Source: Amphiscolops sp. MND2022 | Taxonomy: Eukaryota | Assembly: GCA_964187785.1 (NCBI GenBank) | Contig: OZ076409.1 | Coordinates: 64,792,001-64,856,000 of the forward strand | Reading direction: 5' to 3' | Length of the DNA: 64,000 nucleotides | In this document: one piece after another, positions 12,301-22,561 of the stretch | Layout of the letters: each line of letters opens with the position of its first letter | How positions within the stretch are numbered: position 1 is the first letter of the stretch | Made by a program: the position numbers and the translations under genes | Notes under the pieces: model-generated | Told to the model about the DNA's origin: nothing | What the model saw: only the letters and a program-made list of their open reading frames with translations | Databases searched by the model: none

Positions 12301-12381
12301 TGCGGTACGACCAGTGGTATAAACGAACTTCTTGGCAGCAAAGCCATCACAATAAGCCAAAGTGACTGGACGGAAACTCAT
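9362..12381 (-). CDS. SUV4-20-like SET domain fused to EnSpm/CACTA-family transposase (two exons, predicted intron ~10450-10625)
   Basis: ORF 12381-10567 has the SET motifs RFVNSPCDPNC and IQPGEEITVFYGKHFF..CQCPH, then transposase motifs LIISTDG, LYPLWIIIADLP, SLWFGDGKP, ADNVAKA, QFNGYFGCHLC and KGVKG. ORF 10540-9362 has IDYMHTVCLGV, RSVRGL..FKASEFKTWLLY and FNLHSLRHL..QVRNYGPLWTASCFAFES. Confidence 0.85.
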
Positions 12382-12697
12382 TGCATGACACTTAAATTTC
12401 AAAAACAAATTATCGACCGTGAGACTAAAGAATTTCCATTTACTACATTCAGTACACTCTCAGTGAATTCAAACAGTCAATAGAAGAATTTTTCACCTCG
12501 TCCACTGATTGAGCAGTTGATAAGCACTAAAATGGAAAACACAAGCAAAGAAAAGAATAGTTAGAAAAGCGAATATTAAAATAGAAAAAAACTCGTAAGC
12601 AGACGAAAAAGATTGTTAAAGGAAGGGGAGAGTTTAAAGCGCGTGAAGAGTTCCGGCAAAAACAGATGCCGTAAAACGAATATCAAAAGTTCCACTT

Positions 12698-13075
12698 CTA
12701 ATTTTGAAAATGCTGGCTTTCACTTCTGGCTCGTTGTTTTTTCCGTTTTTTCTTCTCAGCGCCTGTCAGTTTTTTCTGTATCAGAGGCAACGTCCCTTCC
12801 TTGAGTCTCCTTACTATCCTAGAGAGCGTTGCTCTGATTGAAAACCTTGTTTGGTGGAAAGGGTCCCCAGCCTTGAAATGAAGACCGCCCAAGAATATCT
12901 CATGAACTTTCGATGATTCGCTCAAAGAACACTGTAAGAGGGTATTTTTGATCTCCCTGTTGATTTCTCGTTCGTTGATGTCACATGGCAGCTTCGATTT
13001 CTCCAAACGCCACAACACACAATTCTTCCTAGCTTCGGCATTTTTAATTTGCCTCTTTGAGATTCCAACAAACAT
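12698..13075 (-). CDS. Orphan ORF (125 aa, basic C-terminus) inside the EnSpm-like element
   Basis: Open ATG-initiated frame co-oriented with the transposase, with an NLS-like KKKRKKQR stretch. No recognised domain. Confidence 0.3.
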   Translation of the reverse strand: MFVGISKRQIKNAEARKNCVLWRLEKSKLPCDINEREINREIKNTLLQCSLSESSKVHEIFLGGLHFKAGDPFHQTRFSIRATLSRIVRRLKEGTLPLIQKKLTGAEKKKRKKQRARSESQHFQN

Positions 13076-13450
13076 TTCGATATTGCGTCGTTGGCAAAGT
13101 TGGTTGGCCTGTATCGGTAATGCTCATTTTGTGTATATTCAGTTTTATTTCAAACAATTTTTCATAACAGCATGCAAGGAACTAACCAAAAACGAATTAG
13201 AACTTGAATTATTCGAGTAAGGTGTCATAATCGCCGTGAGGCATGAAATCGATTATTTAGCTAACCTTAAAAAACGAAGAGGTCATCCATGTGGTTACTT
13301 GTGTAGTTATTATTACTTTCCTTATTACAGAGCACGACATATATGACGATATCAATGACCACTTATAATTTAGGATTCATTGAGGGATTTTAAGGCCGCT
13401 TCAACTTTAGTGGTCCAAAATGAAATCTGCACATAATCTAAACAGGTTTA

Positions 13451-13876
13451 CTAGTTAAAATGAGCACCACTGGCCTCAAGCAAACGTTTTTTCACTTCGG
13501 AAGAAGAAATGGCATCATTCTGTCGTCCACGATTAGTAAACAAAGAATTTTGAATGAAATCGGGATAAATAAAAATACACCGAGCCCCCCAATCAAAAGC
13601 AGAGTGTAGAGCTCCATTGAGGGTTAAACTCTTGTTCTGGTGTTGGAACCTAGCCCCGCTTCCCCCAAAGCATTTTAATTGACAGCCATCCAAATTGTTC
13701 AAATGAAACGGCACAGTACATTTGTTGACACAATCACAGGTCTGCCACCCAATTTTTCTGAATACTGGTCTGTGAAGTCTCTTAAAACTGCTCCTGCAAT
13801 GTTTCCGAACAGAAACAAAACCGTTCGACGCAATCAAGACTGCTATTTTCTTGCCTTTCTTTCCTATTCTGGCCAT
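13451..13876 (-). CDS. Orphan ORF/exon (141 aa, Cys-rich) inside the EnSpm-like element
   Basis: Open frame preceded by an acceptor-like TTTTTCAG|ATG, on the same strand as the other element genes. No recognised domain. Confidence 0.25.
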   Translation of the reverse strand: MARIGKKGKKIAVLIASNGFVSVRKHCRSSFKRLHRPVFRKIGWQTCDCVNKCTVPFHLNNLDGCQLKCFGGSGARFQHQNKSLTLNGALHSAFDWGARCIFIYPDFIQNSLFTNRGRQNDAISSSEVKKRLLEASGAHFN

Positions 13877-14608
13877 CTGAAAAAGGCGTAACTCCTAAGT
13901 AAATCATAATACATTTAAAAAACAAACGCATAGCAGTAAGATGAGAATAATCTTGTGTGCAAATACCAGAATGAACCAGATTTACCTAGTAAATTACAAC
14001 CACAACAACACAAGTAGAGCAATATTGAAACAATTAACAACAAACGCCAGCTTCATACAGGGCTGTATGAGGTTCTAGGCCGTATCGGAGACAGCTAAAA
14101 AACTGCTGTATACAGCTACTCTAGTTGCTACAAGGATTCCTACGCAATACACCTACGAAAAACTACGAAAGAAACATGCAGCTAGAGAAAAGTCCGGGAC
14201 ATCTTCCCCGAAACCAATGTTTTCGAGTCGGAAATACTGAATTAGAATTAAATAACACAGAGGCGAAGCCGTGCTTCGCAAACACTTGCGAACTTTTGAA
14301 AACCAAATAAGCAATATCATACGTAGAACCAAGAGTAAGTGGACTATGTTAAAATTTCATCAAATTTACAGCGCCAAAAATTCCCGAAGGGATGGGCATA
14401 AGTCTCGAAAGCCTTTCTTCCCCAACTGAAAACAGCAAACAACCCATCTTCCTCAACGGAAAACCTTAAACACAGAGGCGAAGCGGTGCTTCGCAACACA
14501 TGACGAAGACATCGATTATTTTAAAGATAGCTTAACTATAGCTATATTAACGTACGCGTATTAATATCGCATGCGTATATATTCAACAGTTCAACTTTGT
14601 TCAATAAC

Positions 14609-14680
14609 GTTCCTATGGCACAGTGGTCAACACTTATGCCGTGCAATCGGGAGGCTGCAGGTTCGAATCTCTCGGGGGGT
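14609..14680 (+). other. tRNA-derived sequence (Pol III A/B boxes) embedded in a repeat
   Basis: A-box TGGCACAGTGG and B-box GGTTCGAATC at tRNA spacing. The stems are degenerate. Confidence 0.55.
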
Positions 14681-15315
14681 TTTTGCTTTTATCTAAAAGG
14701 CGCTCATTATGAAGTTGACTATGGTGGAAAAAAAACTTTCTTAGCTGGACTGCAATGCACATTGACTTCGTCTTGTGCAAAATCAGAAAATTGAAGGAAA
14801 AAATTCCAAATTGAAAAAATTCCAAAGTTTTTCCAAAAAATTTTTTTTGAAGGTCACCGGCAATTTTTTTGAAGTCGCATAGTGCCGAAATCCTTGACGA
14901 TTCCTTTACAGTCGCAAAACGTTTCATTTTTGGTAAAAATTGAGGGGGGACTTCGATGAAAAAGTCGCATATAAAAAACACCGGTCTTGGAAAAAATCGG
15001 ATATAGCGTGCTGGGCCTGAGAAAACCCAATTTTTAAACAAAAATAATTACTTTTGAAAAATCTCACAAGGCCGAAAACTGTGAAAGGGGGGTTCTTTGA
15101 GGTTTTTAACGTTCGTTCTGTTGCAAAATATCAAAAAAATGAAGGGAGGACCCTTTGGGGACATTTAAAAATTTTCGAAAATAGGTCTCAAAAAGCCGAA
15201 AAGATGGGAGACTCCCCAGTCTCATTGTCGAAAAAAATGAGAATCTTCCGCTTCGAAAAACTTGTAAAAAAAATTAGCACACAGGCAAGAAAGTGAATTA
15301 TGCGACTTGCGGTCT

Positions 15316-17305
15316 GGGCAAAATAGCTGCAAAATTATGGAAATCAGCAACTAAAATAGGAATCAGATCTAGAACCTGGATCAATTTGATCTAAAATCAT
15401 CGAAAACTCTGAAGACAGCGAAGAGTATCTAAATTATGCATAATTTTGTCCCTAAATCGAGAATAATATATGAATTTTGGGCAAAATAGCTGCTAAATTA
15501 AGGAAATCAGCTCTTGAAATAGGAATCAGATCTAAAAGCTGGGCCAATTTGATCTAAAAACGAAAACTTTAAGACAACGAAACTAAGTTATGCATACTTT
15601 CGCCTCTATTGAGAATAATATCTAAAATTTTAGCAAAATAGCTGCAAAATTATGGAAATAAGCAACTAAAATAGGAATCAGATCTAGAACCTGGATCAAT
15701 TCGATCTAAAATCATCGAAAACTCTGAAGACGGCGAAGAGTAGCTATATTATGAATGATTTTGTCTCTAAATTGAGAATAATATGTGAATTTTGGGCAAA
15801 ATAGCTGCTAAATTAAGGAAATCAGCTATTGAAATAGGAATCAGATCTAAAAGCTGGGTCAATTTGATCTAAAAACGAAAACTTTAGGACAAAGAAACTA
15901 AGTTATGCATTCTTTCGCCTCTATTGAGAATAATATCTAAAATTTTGACAAAATAGCTGCAAAATTATGGAAATCAGCAACTAAAATAGGAATCAGATCT
16001 ACAACCTGGATCAATTTGATCTAAAATCATCGAAAACTCTGAAGACAGCTAAGAGTATCTGAATTATGCATAATTTTGTCTCTAAATCGAGAATAATATG
16101 TGAATTTTGGGCAAAATTGCTGCAAAATTATGGAAATCAGCAACTAAAATAGGATTCAGATCTAGAACCTGGATCAATTTGATCTAAAATCATTGAAAAC
16201 TCTGAAGACAGCGAAGAGTATCTAAATTATGCATAATTTTGTCTCTAAATCGAGAATAATATGTGAATTTTGGGCAAAATAGCTGCTAAATTAAGGAAAT
16301 CAGCTATTGAAATAGGTAGAGGGGGGAATAAGATCTAAAATCAAAAAAGGGAATAAGATCTAAAGGGAATAAGATCTAAAATTTCAGGACGGGAATAAGA
16401 TCTAAAGGGAATAAGATCTAAAATCGGGAAATTGTCTCTAAATTGAGAATAATATGTGAATTTTGGGCAAAACAGCTGCTAGACGGGAAATTGTCTCTAA
16501 ATTGAGAATATGTGAATTTTGGGCAAAATAGCTGCTAAATTAAGGAAATCAGCTATTGAAATAGGTAGAGGGGGGAATAAGATCTAAAATCAAAAAAGGG
16601 AATAAGATCTAAACGGAATAAGATCTAAAATTTCAGGACGGGAATAAGATCTAAAGGGAATAAGATCTAAAATCAATGCATTTTAGATCTTATTCCCCCC
16701 TCCCTGAAATAGGAATCAGATCTAAAAGCTGGGTCAATTTGATCTAAAAAGATATCATGGATCTTCGTCATCAATCAAGTGCCATGTGTATCATCATGTT
16801 GGGGGGAGAAGTCATGTTTTGATCTAAAAACGAAAACTTTAAGACAACGAAACTAAGTTATGCATACTTTCGCCTCTATTGAGAATATTATCTAAAATTT
16901 TGGCAAAATAGCTGCAAAATTATGGAAATCAGCAACTAAAATAGGAATCAGATCTAGAACCTGGATCAATTTATCTAAAATCATCGAAAACTCTGAAGAC
17001 AGCGAAGAGTATCTAAATTATGCATAATTTTGCTCTAAATCGAGAATAATATGTGAATTTTGGGCAAAATAGCTGCTAAATTAAGGAAATCAGCTATTGA
17101 AATAGGAATCAGATCTAAAAGCTGGGTCAATTTGATCTAAAACGAAAACTTTAAGACAACGAAACTAAGTTATGCATACTTTCGCCTCTATTGAGAATAA
17201 TATCTAAAATTTTGGCAAAATAGCTGCAAAATTATGGAAATCAGCAACTAAAATAGGAATCAGATCTAGAACCTGGATCAATTTGATCTAAAATCATCGA
17301 AAACC
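15316..17305. repeat. ~152/162-bp satellite with alternating A/B monomers, right block
   Basis: Monomer B (GGAAATCAGCAACTAAAATAGG) and monomer A (GGAAATCAGCTATTGAAATAGG) mostly alternate. Small insertions interrupt the array. Confidence 0.9.
16566..16704. mobile_element. 139-bp Mutator/Foldback-like MITE
   Basis: TIRs GAGGGGGGAATAAGATCTAAAAT / ATTTTAGATCTTATTCCCCCCTC. The 9-bp TSD is TGAAATAGG (16557-16565, 16705-16713). A partial duplicate lies at ~16316-16424. Confidence 0.75.
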
Positions 17306-17504
17306 CTGGAAAGAGTGAACAGTATACAAATTATGCATAATTTAGTCTCTGTATTGATATACATATCTAAAATAAGCGCTTTTTCCATCTTGAAATCCTA
17401 TTTTTCCAAAAAATCTTACCCTATCACAGCGGCTTCAGGAAACGCGGTGCCGAAAAGCGTCCTTAATGCTACCCGGGTCATTAAGGTAACCCTAGATCTT
17501 CCAA

Positions 17505-18051
17505 GGGGACCGCAACTAAGGTCTAAGGAATAAGATCTAAAGAAATTTCGTAACTAAGATCTAAAGAACTAAGATCTAAAAAGCATGCACCGTAACTAAG
17601 GTCTAAATTGAATTAAAATAACGTCTAAGGAATAATGTGGGGTCATATACGGTGTATGCACGCTCGCCCTCACCGTCGCAAAGACCAGCTCCCACTACGA
17701 TCGCTTCGCGATCTCCGTTTCCGCTAGGTCTTTGCTCCTGTTCGACCTCGCTTAGCAAGATGGGAACATAAGCGGCCCCAAGGGGCCGCAGGGCACTAGA
17801 GGAGATGGGGACATATCTGAGGCACGTTTTATACTTTAAAGCATTTTATACTTTACCCGTAACATCTAAAAAATGGGAATAACGGAAATTAAAACGGGAA
17901 TAACGTCTGAAATTTAGACTTTCGGTACGATTCGGGAGCTGGCATTCTCTAGATCTTAGTTACGAAAAATGACATTTAGATATTAGTTCTTTAGATCTTA
18001 GTTACAGAAGTGCGTTTCGATCTTATTCCTTAGATCGTAGTTTGTGCCCAC
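17505..18051. mobile_element. 547-bp Mutator/Foldback-like MITE
   Basis: Exact 9-bp TSD ATCTTCCAA (17496-17504, 18052-18060). The long TIRs are built of TAAGATCTAA subrepeats. Confidence 0.8.
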
Positions 18052-18299
18052 ATCTTCCAAAACCAAATAACGCGCCAACGAGTCACTTTTTGATGTATTT
18101 CAAATTTCAAATTTTGCCGCTAGGGGACTTCGAATTTTTGAAAATTTTCGAACATGGTCACTCATACTATGACCATAATCGTTGCCATGCTAGTCATAAT
18201 ATGACCATACTATGACCATATTATGATGATCATTTTTCACCATGATCTCACTATGACATAGTATGATTTACCATTTCTGAGTATGGGGGTCAACCTGGG

Positions 18300-18720
18300 C
18301 CTCCACTGTTTGGGACGAATTTTTGGTTTGATATGGCAAGATCGAGTCTTCAACGTTGAGGTTCTCCTGCGTGCAGGAATTACATGCCATATTGGCTCGG
18401 AGACTTTTACGATGGCTCGGACAAATTGCCCTTTTGCGAGAGATATGCATTGGAAAAGATCTGCTACATGACGAGCTTGCCATTGGCTCTCGAGCATTAG
18501 AAAGACCCTCAAGAGAATGTTCATTCAAAAATTGCTAGAGCGATCTCAACTCACCGAACATCGGCTCTACGGAAATCGAGGTGTTGAAAGCAGACTGAAC
18601 TCCATGGCACAAGGTTACCGATAGGCTGCCGAATCAGTTGAGTCAAGGTGAAAGATGATGCCTAATAGAAAATGTCGGCGAAACGAGAGATGAGAGATCA
18701 CAAACAACCCACAGTGATTA
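18300..18720 (+). pseudogene. RTE-clade LINE, part 3 (C-terminus)
   Basis: LHCLGRIFGLIWQDRVFNVEVLLRAGI, RRLLRWLGQ and KDLLHDELAIGSRALERP match the RTE C-terminal motifs. Confidence 0.85.
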
Positions 18721-18983
18721 AGCATCACAAATTCGCACCACGTATCGACCGGCAATGTCGTTTTTGATAAAGGTGAGCCCTACATCCCAATTTTATAAGG
18801 TGTTTACCTGTTATCAATCATGAGACTACCATATTTGGTTCTCAGAAATGTCTTTGTCCCTGAAATAAACTGTCCAAATGAGTTCCGAATACTCTTCCGA
18901 ATACAAAAGCGGTAGCTTCAATTACCGCTGACTTTTTGTTTCGACGACCTGAGACCAAAATTAGCTTTGTCCAAGACCATTAG

Positions 18984-19603
18984 AACAAGTCGGGACCGGC
19001 CCAAATGGCGCCCCGCTCAATTTTCAAAAAAGTTTCTTAAATATGCAAAAGACACTGGTGTTGAAATTCATTCAATTTCTCAGTGCCGAAAAATACTCGA
19101 AGGGATACGTATAAGGCTTGAAAACAGCTTTTCCCCCACTGCTAACAACAAAAACTTTTTTTTGAAAAATTTTCCATCAGAAAAAAGTCTCAAAGTGCCG
19201 AAAATGGAGCTTTTAAAGGGGACACAATTGAAAAAACTTTTACAAGGGGACACTTGTAACAAATTTACAGTTCCAAAAAGACCCGAAAGGATACCCATAA
19301 GACTCGAAAACCGCCTTTCCTTTTCCCGAACTCGACTAATCGAAAAACCCAAATAACATTGAAAAATTCGCCATTGAAATTATATCCGGTATACGCTATA
19401 TCCGGTATGCGTTAAATCCGCTATGGGTTGCGTTATTGTCGAAAAGGGCTCCCAAGCATTTTTTTACAGTTCAAATGTAGTATGTTGATGGCCAAAAGAG
19501 ACTGCCAAAATTGAAGAATTTTTGTAGAACTATTTTAGCTAGTTCAGGTTTATCGAAAAAAACTGACGAAAGGCCAAGACTATAGTCGACTTTTTTCTAA
19601 AGA
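18984..19603 (+). mobile_element. DINE/HINE-like repeat copy
   Basis: Starts AACAAGTCGGGACCGG and ends near GACTATAGTCGACTTTTTTCT, the same architecture as 932-1538. Further fragments lie at ~20640-20905, ~29112-29380, ~59575-60480 and ~61200-61497. Confidence 0.45.
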
Positions 19604-21096
19604 ATCTTTTTAGAATAGTTGTTGTTAGATTAAGTTTTGATCAAATCTTCCTCAAGGACCGAAACAAATATCTTCATGTTCTCCAGCATTTTGATAGTTT
19701 GAAAATGATTCTTTATTATCATCAGTAAGTTTTTCGCGGAATATGAATGACGGTTTTCTTTTATTAGCTGACGAAAGTTTAATTAGATTATTGATATCTT
19801 TCAGTCCAAATTTTGCAATAGGTAAGGGTTTCGTTGACAAACAAAATGTCTGAGTGAAAAAAATATTCGAAATTTTGAAAACGCGCAGCAAAGTTAGCAT
19901 TTTTCCTTTTTCTTCTGAAAAATGGAGGTTTAAAAAATTTCAAAGAGCGAAATGGCACTGCGGAATGTCCTGTCTTCTGTTACAAGTCTCATATAGGCAA
20001 ATTTGAAAACTTTCGAGAAAAGTAACGAAGTGTGATCTTACTAAGAAAACCCCACAAATCAGAAGGTTGGCTCATGCATATAAGCATGAACATTTCCGGG
20101 ATGGCAATTAAAATGCACTTTAAAACCAGAGAATATGTTTCGAGAGAAAACAGGTTGGTTGGATTCAAAGATTAAAGTCTTCGCTTTACCGTGTTGACGT
20201 TCCATGTATGATCATGTAAACTCCAAGCTTGCCATGCATGATCATGCATTGTGCATGCATGGAATCGCTTTTTTTTCAAAACAAAGTTTCCAAAGCCAAA
20301 AAATCAACCTTTTGCTCTCCACATAGTATTTCTAAAAATTGGGAATGCAAAACTTTGTTTAAATCGCAATTCATCCCAAAGTTTGGGTTTCAGTTCAGTT
20401 GTGGTGTCACTGCAGAAATGCTTGAACAACTCACTGGTTCACAAGGGAATTTTGATATGAATGTTGTTTTTGTTTCATAATCGGCGCTTCATGAAGTGAA
20501 GCGCAACTATAACAGCTACTTTGTTTTTCAATCCACACGAACTGACAAAGATAGTTCTACAAAACTTTAAAGGGCCAAATTGTACCATTTAGCACAAGGA
20601 AGTGAACTATATACGTTTTTCTTTTCCTTTTTAGCGTAACATGCAATTCCGGACGAGACTAAAAGGTCCTCCTCTTCAGGTTTTTGGCATTATGAGACTT
20701 TACTAAATTTTACCCCATTCAATTTTTTAAATATTTTGCAACAGAATGGATGTTAAAATACACCAAGGGTTCAACTTTTAGCGCGCCAGTTCGGTCCCGT
20801 TTGGGTTTTCCGGGTACTATGGAAGATAATACTTGACGCTTTGAAGTCCTTTTGCTATTTTTGAGCCTTTAAGGGAGGCGCCGACTTTTGCCGTTCCCAA
20901 CTTTTTTTCTTTTGTCAAACTTTTTATTACAAGAAGAAAAGCCAGATGTGATGGAAAACGTTAGGAACAAAAACTGTTGAAGTTTTGAAGAAATCACCGA
21001 TTTGACATTAATATGTCATTCATTCAACGTATCGAACATTTATCAAAGTTGTTGATTTCCATATTACAAACATTCGCAGAAATATTTTTGGGCCTC

Positions 21097-22561
21097 TGTC
21101 GCAGGCTCCGCCTGTGACAGTAATGTGTACGCGATTGACCATAGTAGGCCAATCGCCCTACCAGGAACGCTACCGTTATAACAAACTGAAACTCCCAAAG
21201 TTTCATTGACATTTTGAAACTTTACATGATTGTTCTCAATACATGTATATGCATTTAATTCAGTTACGTGCTATAAAAATTGACAGCAAGCTATACTGAC
21301 AGGCAGAACGGAATGAGTTCAAATGTCTGCCTGCTCAGTATAGATAGCATAGCTGTCCACAGCGCATTAGGCAATCACAGTTTAGCACTTGGTTATTGTT
21401 TAGCACATGTTTTATTGCAGCACTGGTAATTTATCAGAAAAGAACGAATGAGGCCACTTTGCCTAGCTGGTTTTATTTGTTAAACTAATACTGTTGTTGA
21501 TGCTTGCATCTTAGAATGTGTGCCGTTTAATGAACCCTTTCATTGACAAGACGCTGATGGGAACTCTAAATTTGCTATCAACGACGTTTCCTCAGCATTG
21601 ATATCTGTAGGGCCTGACATAACAGGATGACCAGACGAGTTTTAGTGCACATGAAATGTCGAAATGAAAAATTGCTGTTGAATATTTTGTTCATGTAATT
21701 AGCCGTATTAGGCCACACTTCACTGCTCCCCTCCCATTTTCCTTGCCGCGACAGACTCTGATCTCGCCGCCTCAAAAAACAAATGTGACATTTTTAGATG
21801 AAGTCTGTTTTTAGTAACATGGTTGCGATAATTCTGAGTGTCATGACCACTTGGGTAAGTATACCCGAACTGGGAGTTTGACCACAGAATTTTCTATGGA
21901 TCGATATAGACAAGTTGCTTTCTTAGTGTTCATTGTACAATCAGCATAGATAACCATATTACAAGAACAATTTAGATATTTCTTCCTGAACGAACATCCA
22001 TGCCATCTACGAGAAAACAAAAGGCTAAAGCTAGAAAGTCGAGCGAGATGGGCATTTTGTCCATTTACGGCAACAAGGGCGTAATGTTAGCAGAAGGTAA
22101 GTCAAACGCCATAAATATGGAACTTGATAGCATCCTAAATTGTTCTGACAGGCAACCGGAATTCCAGTGCTTACCTAACAGGGAGAACTCGTCTCAAGAA
22201 AATGAGATCAGAGATATTGATAATGGAAATAGATCAATTAAGTAAGAAGAACTGTCTGAGCCTAATAATTTTTTGTCTGGTGAGATGAATGATAGACTCC
22301 TTTGGGAAAGTGATTCGTTGCTGGACTTGATGCAATCTCACATTTGCAGGGCAATTAGGGCTGCTATAATCGATAGAGTTTCACCTGATATGCAAAATAA
22401 AACAAGAAAATTGTCTTCAGACCGAATTGGTCCTGAGCTGTGTACGTCCTCAACTGAAGATGGCATTGGTATTGCTTGGAAAAACACAAACAAAAAAATT
22501 ACAATGAAGGACTCAAGGTCCGCTTGTGATTTTAGAGAAGATACAGACTTTACTCCTTACA
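21097..22561 (+). repeat. 5' LTR of Gypsy-1 (~1465 bp)
   Basis: TGTCGCAGG start after GCCTC, ACTCCTTACA end followed by the PBS. Homologous to 29571-31027. Confidence 0.7.

Larger units (their letters stand above)
6097..14198 (-). mobile_element. EnSpm/CACTA-like DNA transposon carrying SET-transposase and BEN genes (boundaries tentative)
   Basis: Contains the EnSpm-type transposase. Candidate short ends are CCCGGGAC (6097) and GTCCGGG (14198), with short subterminal repeats at 14055-14190. No convincing TSD. Confidence 0.55.
3044..17462. mobile_element. Kolobok-like non-autonomous element (TTAA TSD, GG...CC ends) carrying a satellite array
   Basis: TTAA|GGAGGCTCTCAGC at 3040-3056 and GCCGAAAAGCGTCC|TTAA at 17449-17466 form imperfect TIRs with a TTAA duplication. 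The same satellite lies just inside both ends. Confidence 0.6.
2783..18299. mobile_element. CCC-terminal TIR element (EnSpm/CACTA-like ends) enclosing a 15.5-kb nest of younger insertions
   Basis: Left CCCAGGTTGACCCAACATACTCA (2783) and right TGAGTATGGGGGTCAACCTGGG (ends 18299) are inverted repeats. ATGATCAT/ATGACCAT subterminal repeats occur at both ends (2800-2945, 18150-18270). CC flanks both sides, and the RTE reading frame resumes at 18300. Confidence 0.8.

Noticed and set aside
13460..13891. Divergent plus-strand gene
   Set aside because: It has three in-frame stops and no recognisable motif, while the opposite strand is open.
14609..14680. Functional tRNA gene
   Set aside because: The acceptor and anticodon stems do not pair properly, and the sequence is embedded in a repeat.
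2783..18299. Outer CCC TIRs as the ends of the SET-transposase element
   Set aside because: A TTAA-flanked element and its split satellite lie between these TIRs and the transposase, so the gene is more likely a deeper nested insertion. This is not fully excluded.
21811..21832. TAACA|TGGTTGCG as the Gypsy-1 LTR end and PBS
   Set aside because: Homology between the two copies continues to TTACA (22561/31027), where a better PBS and the TSD are found.
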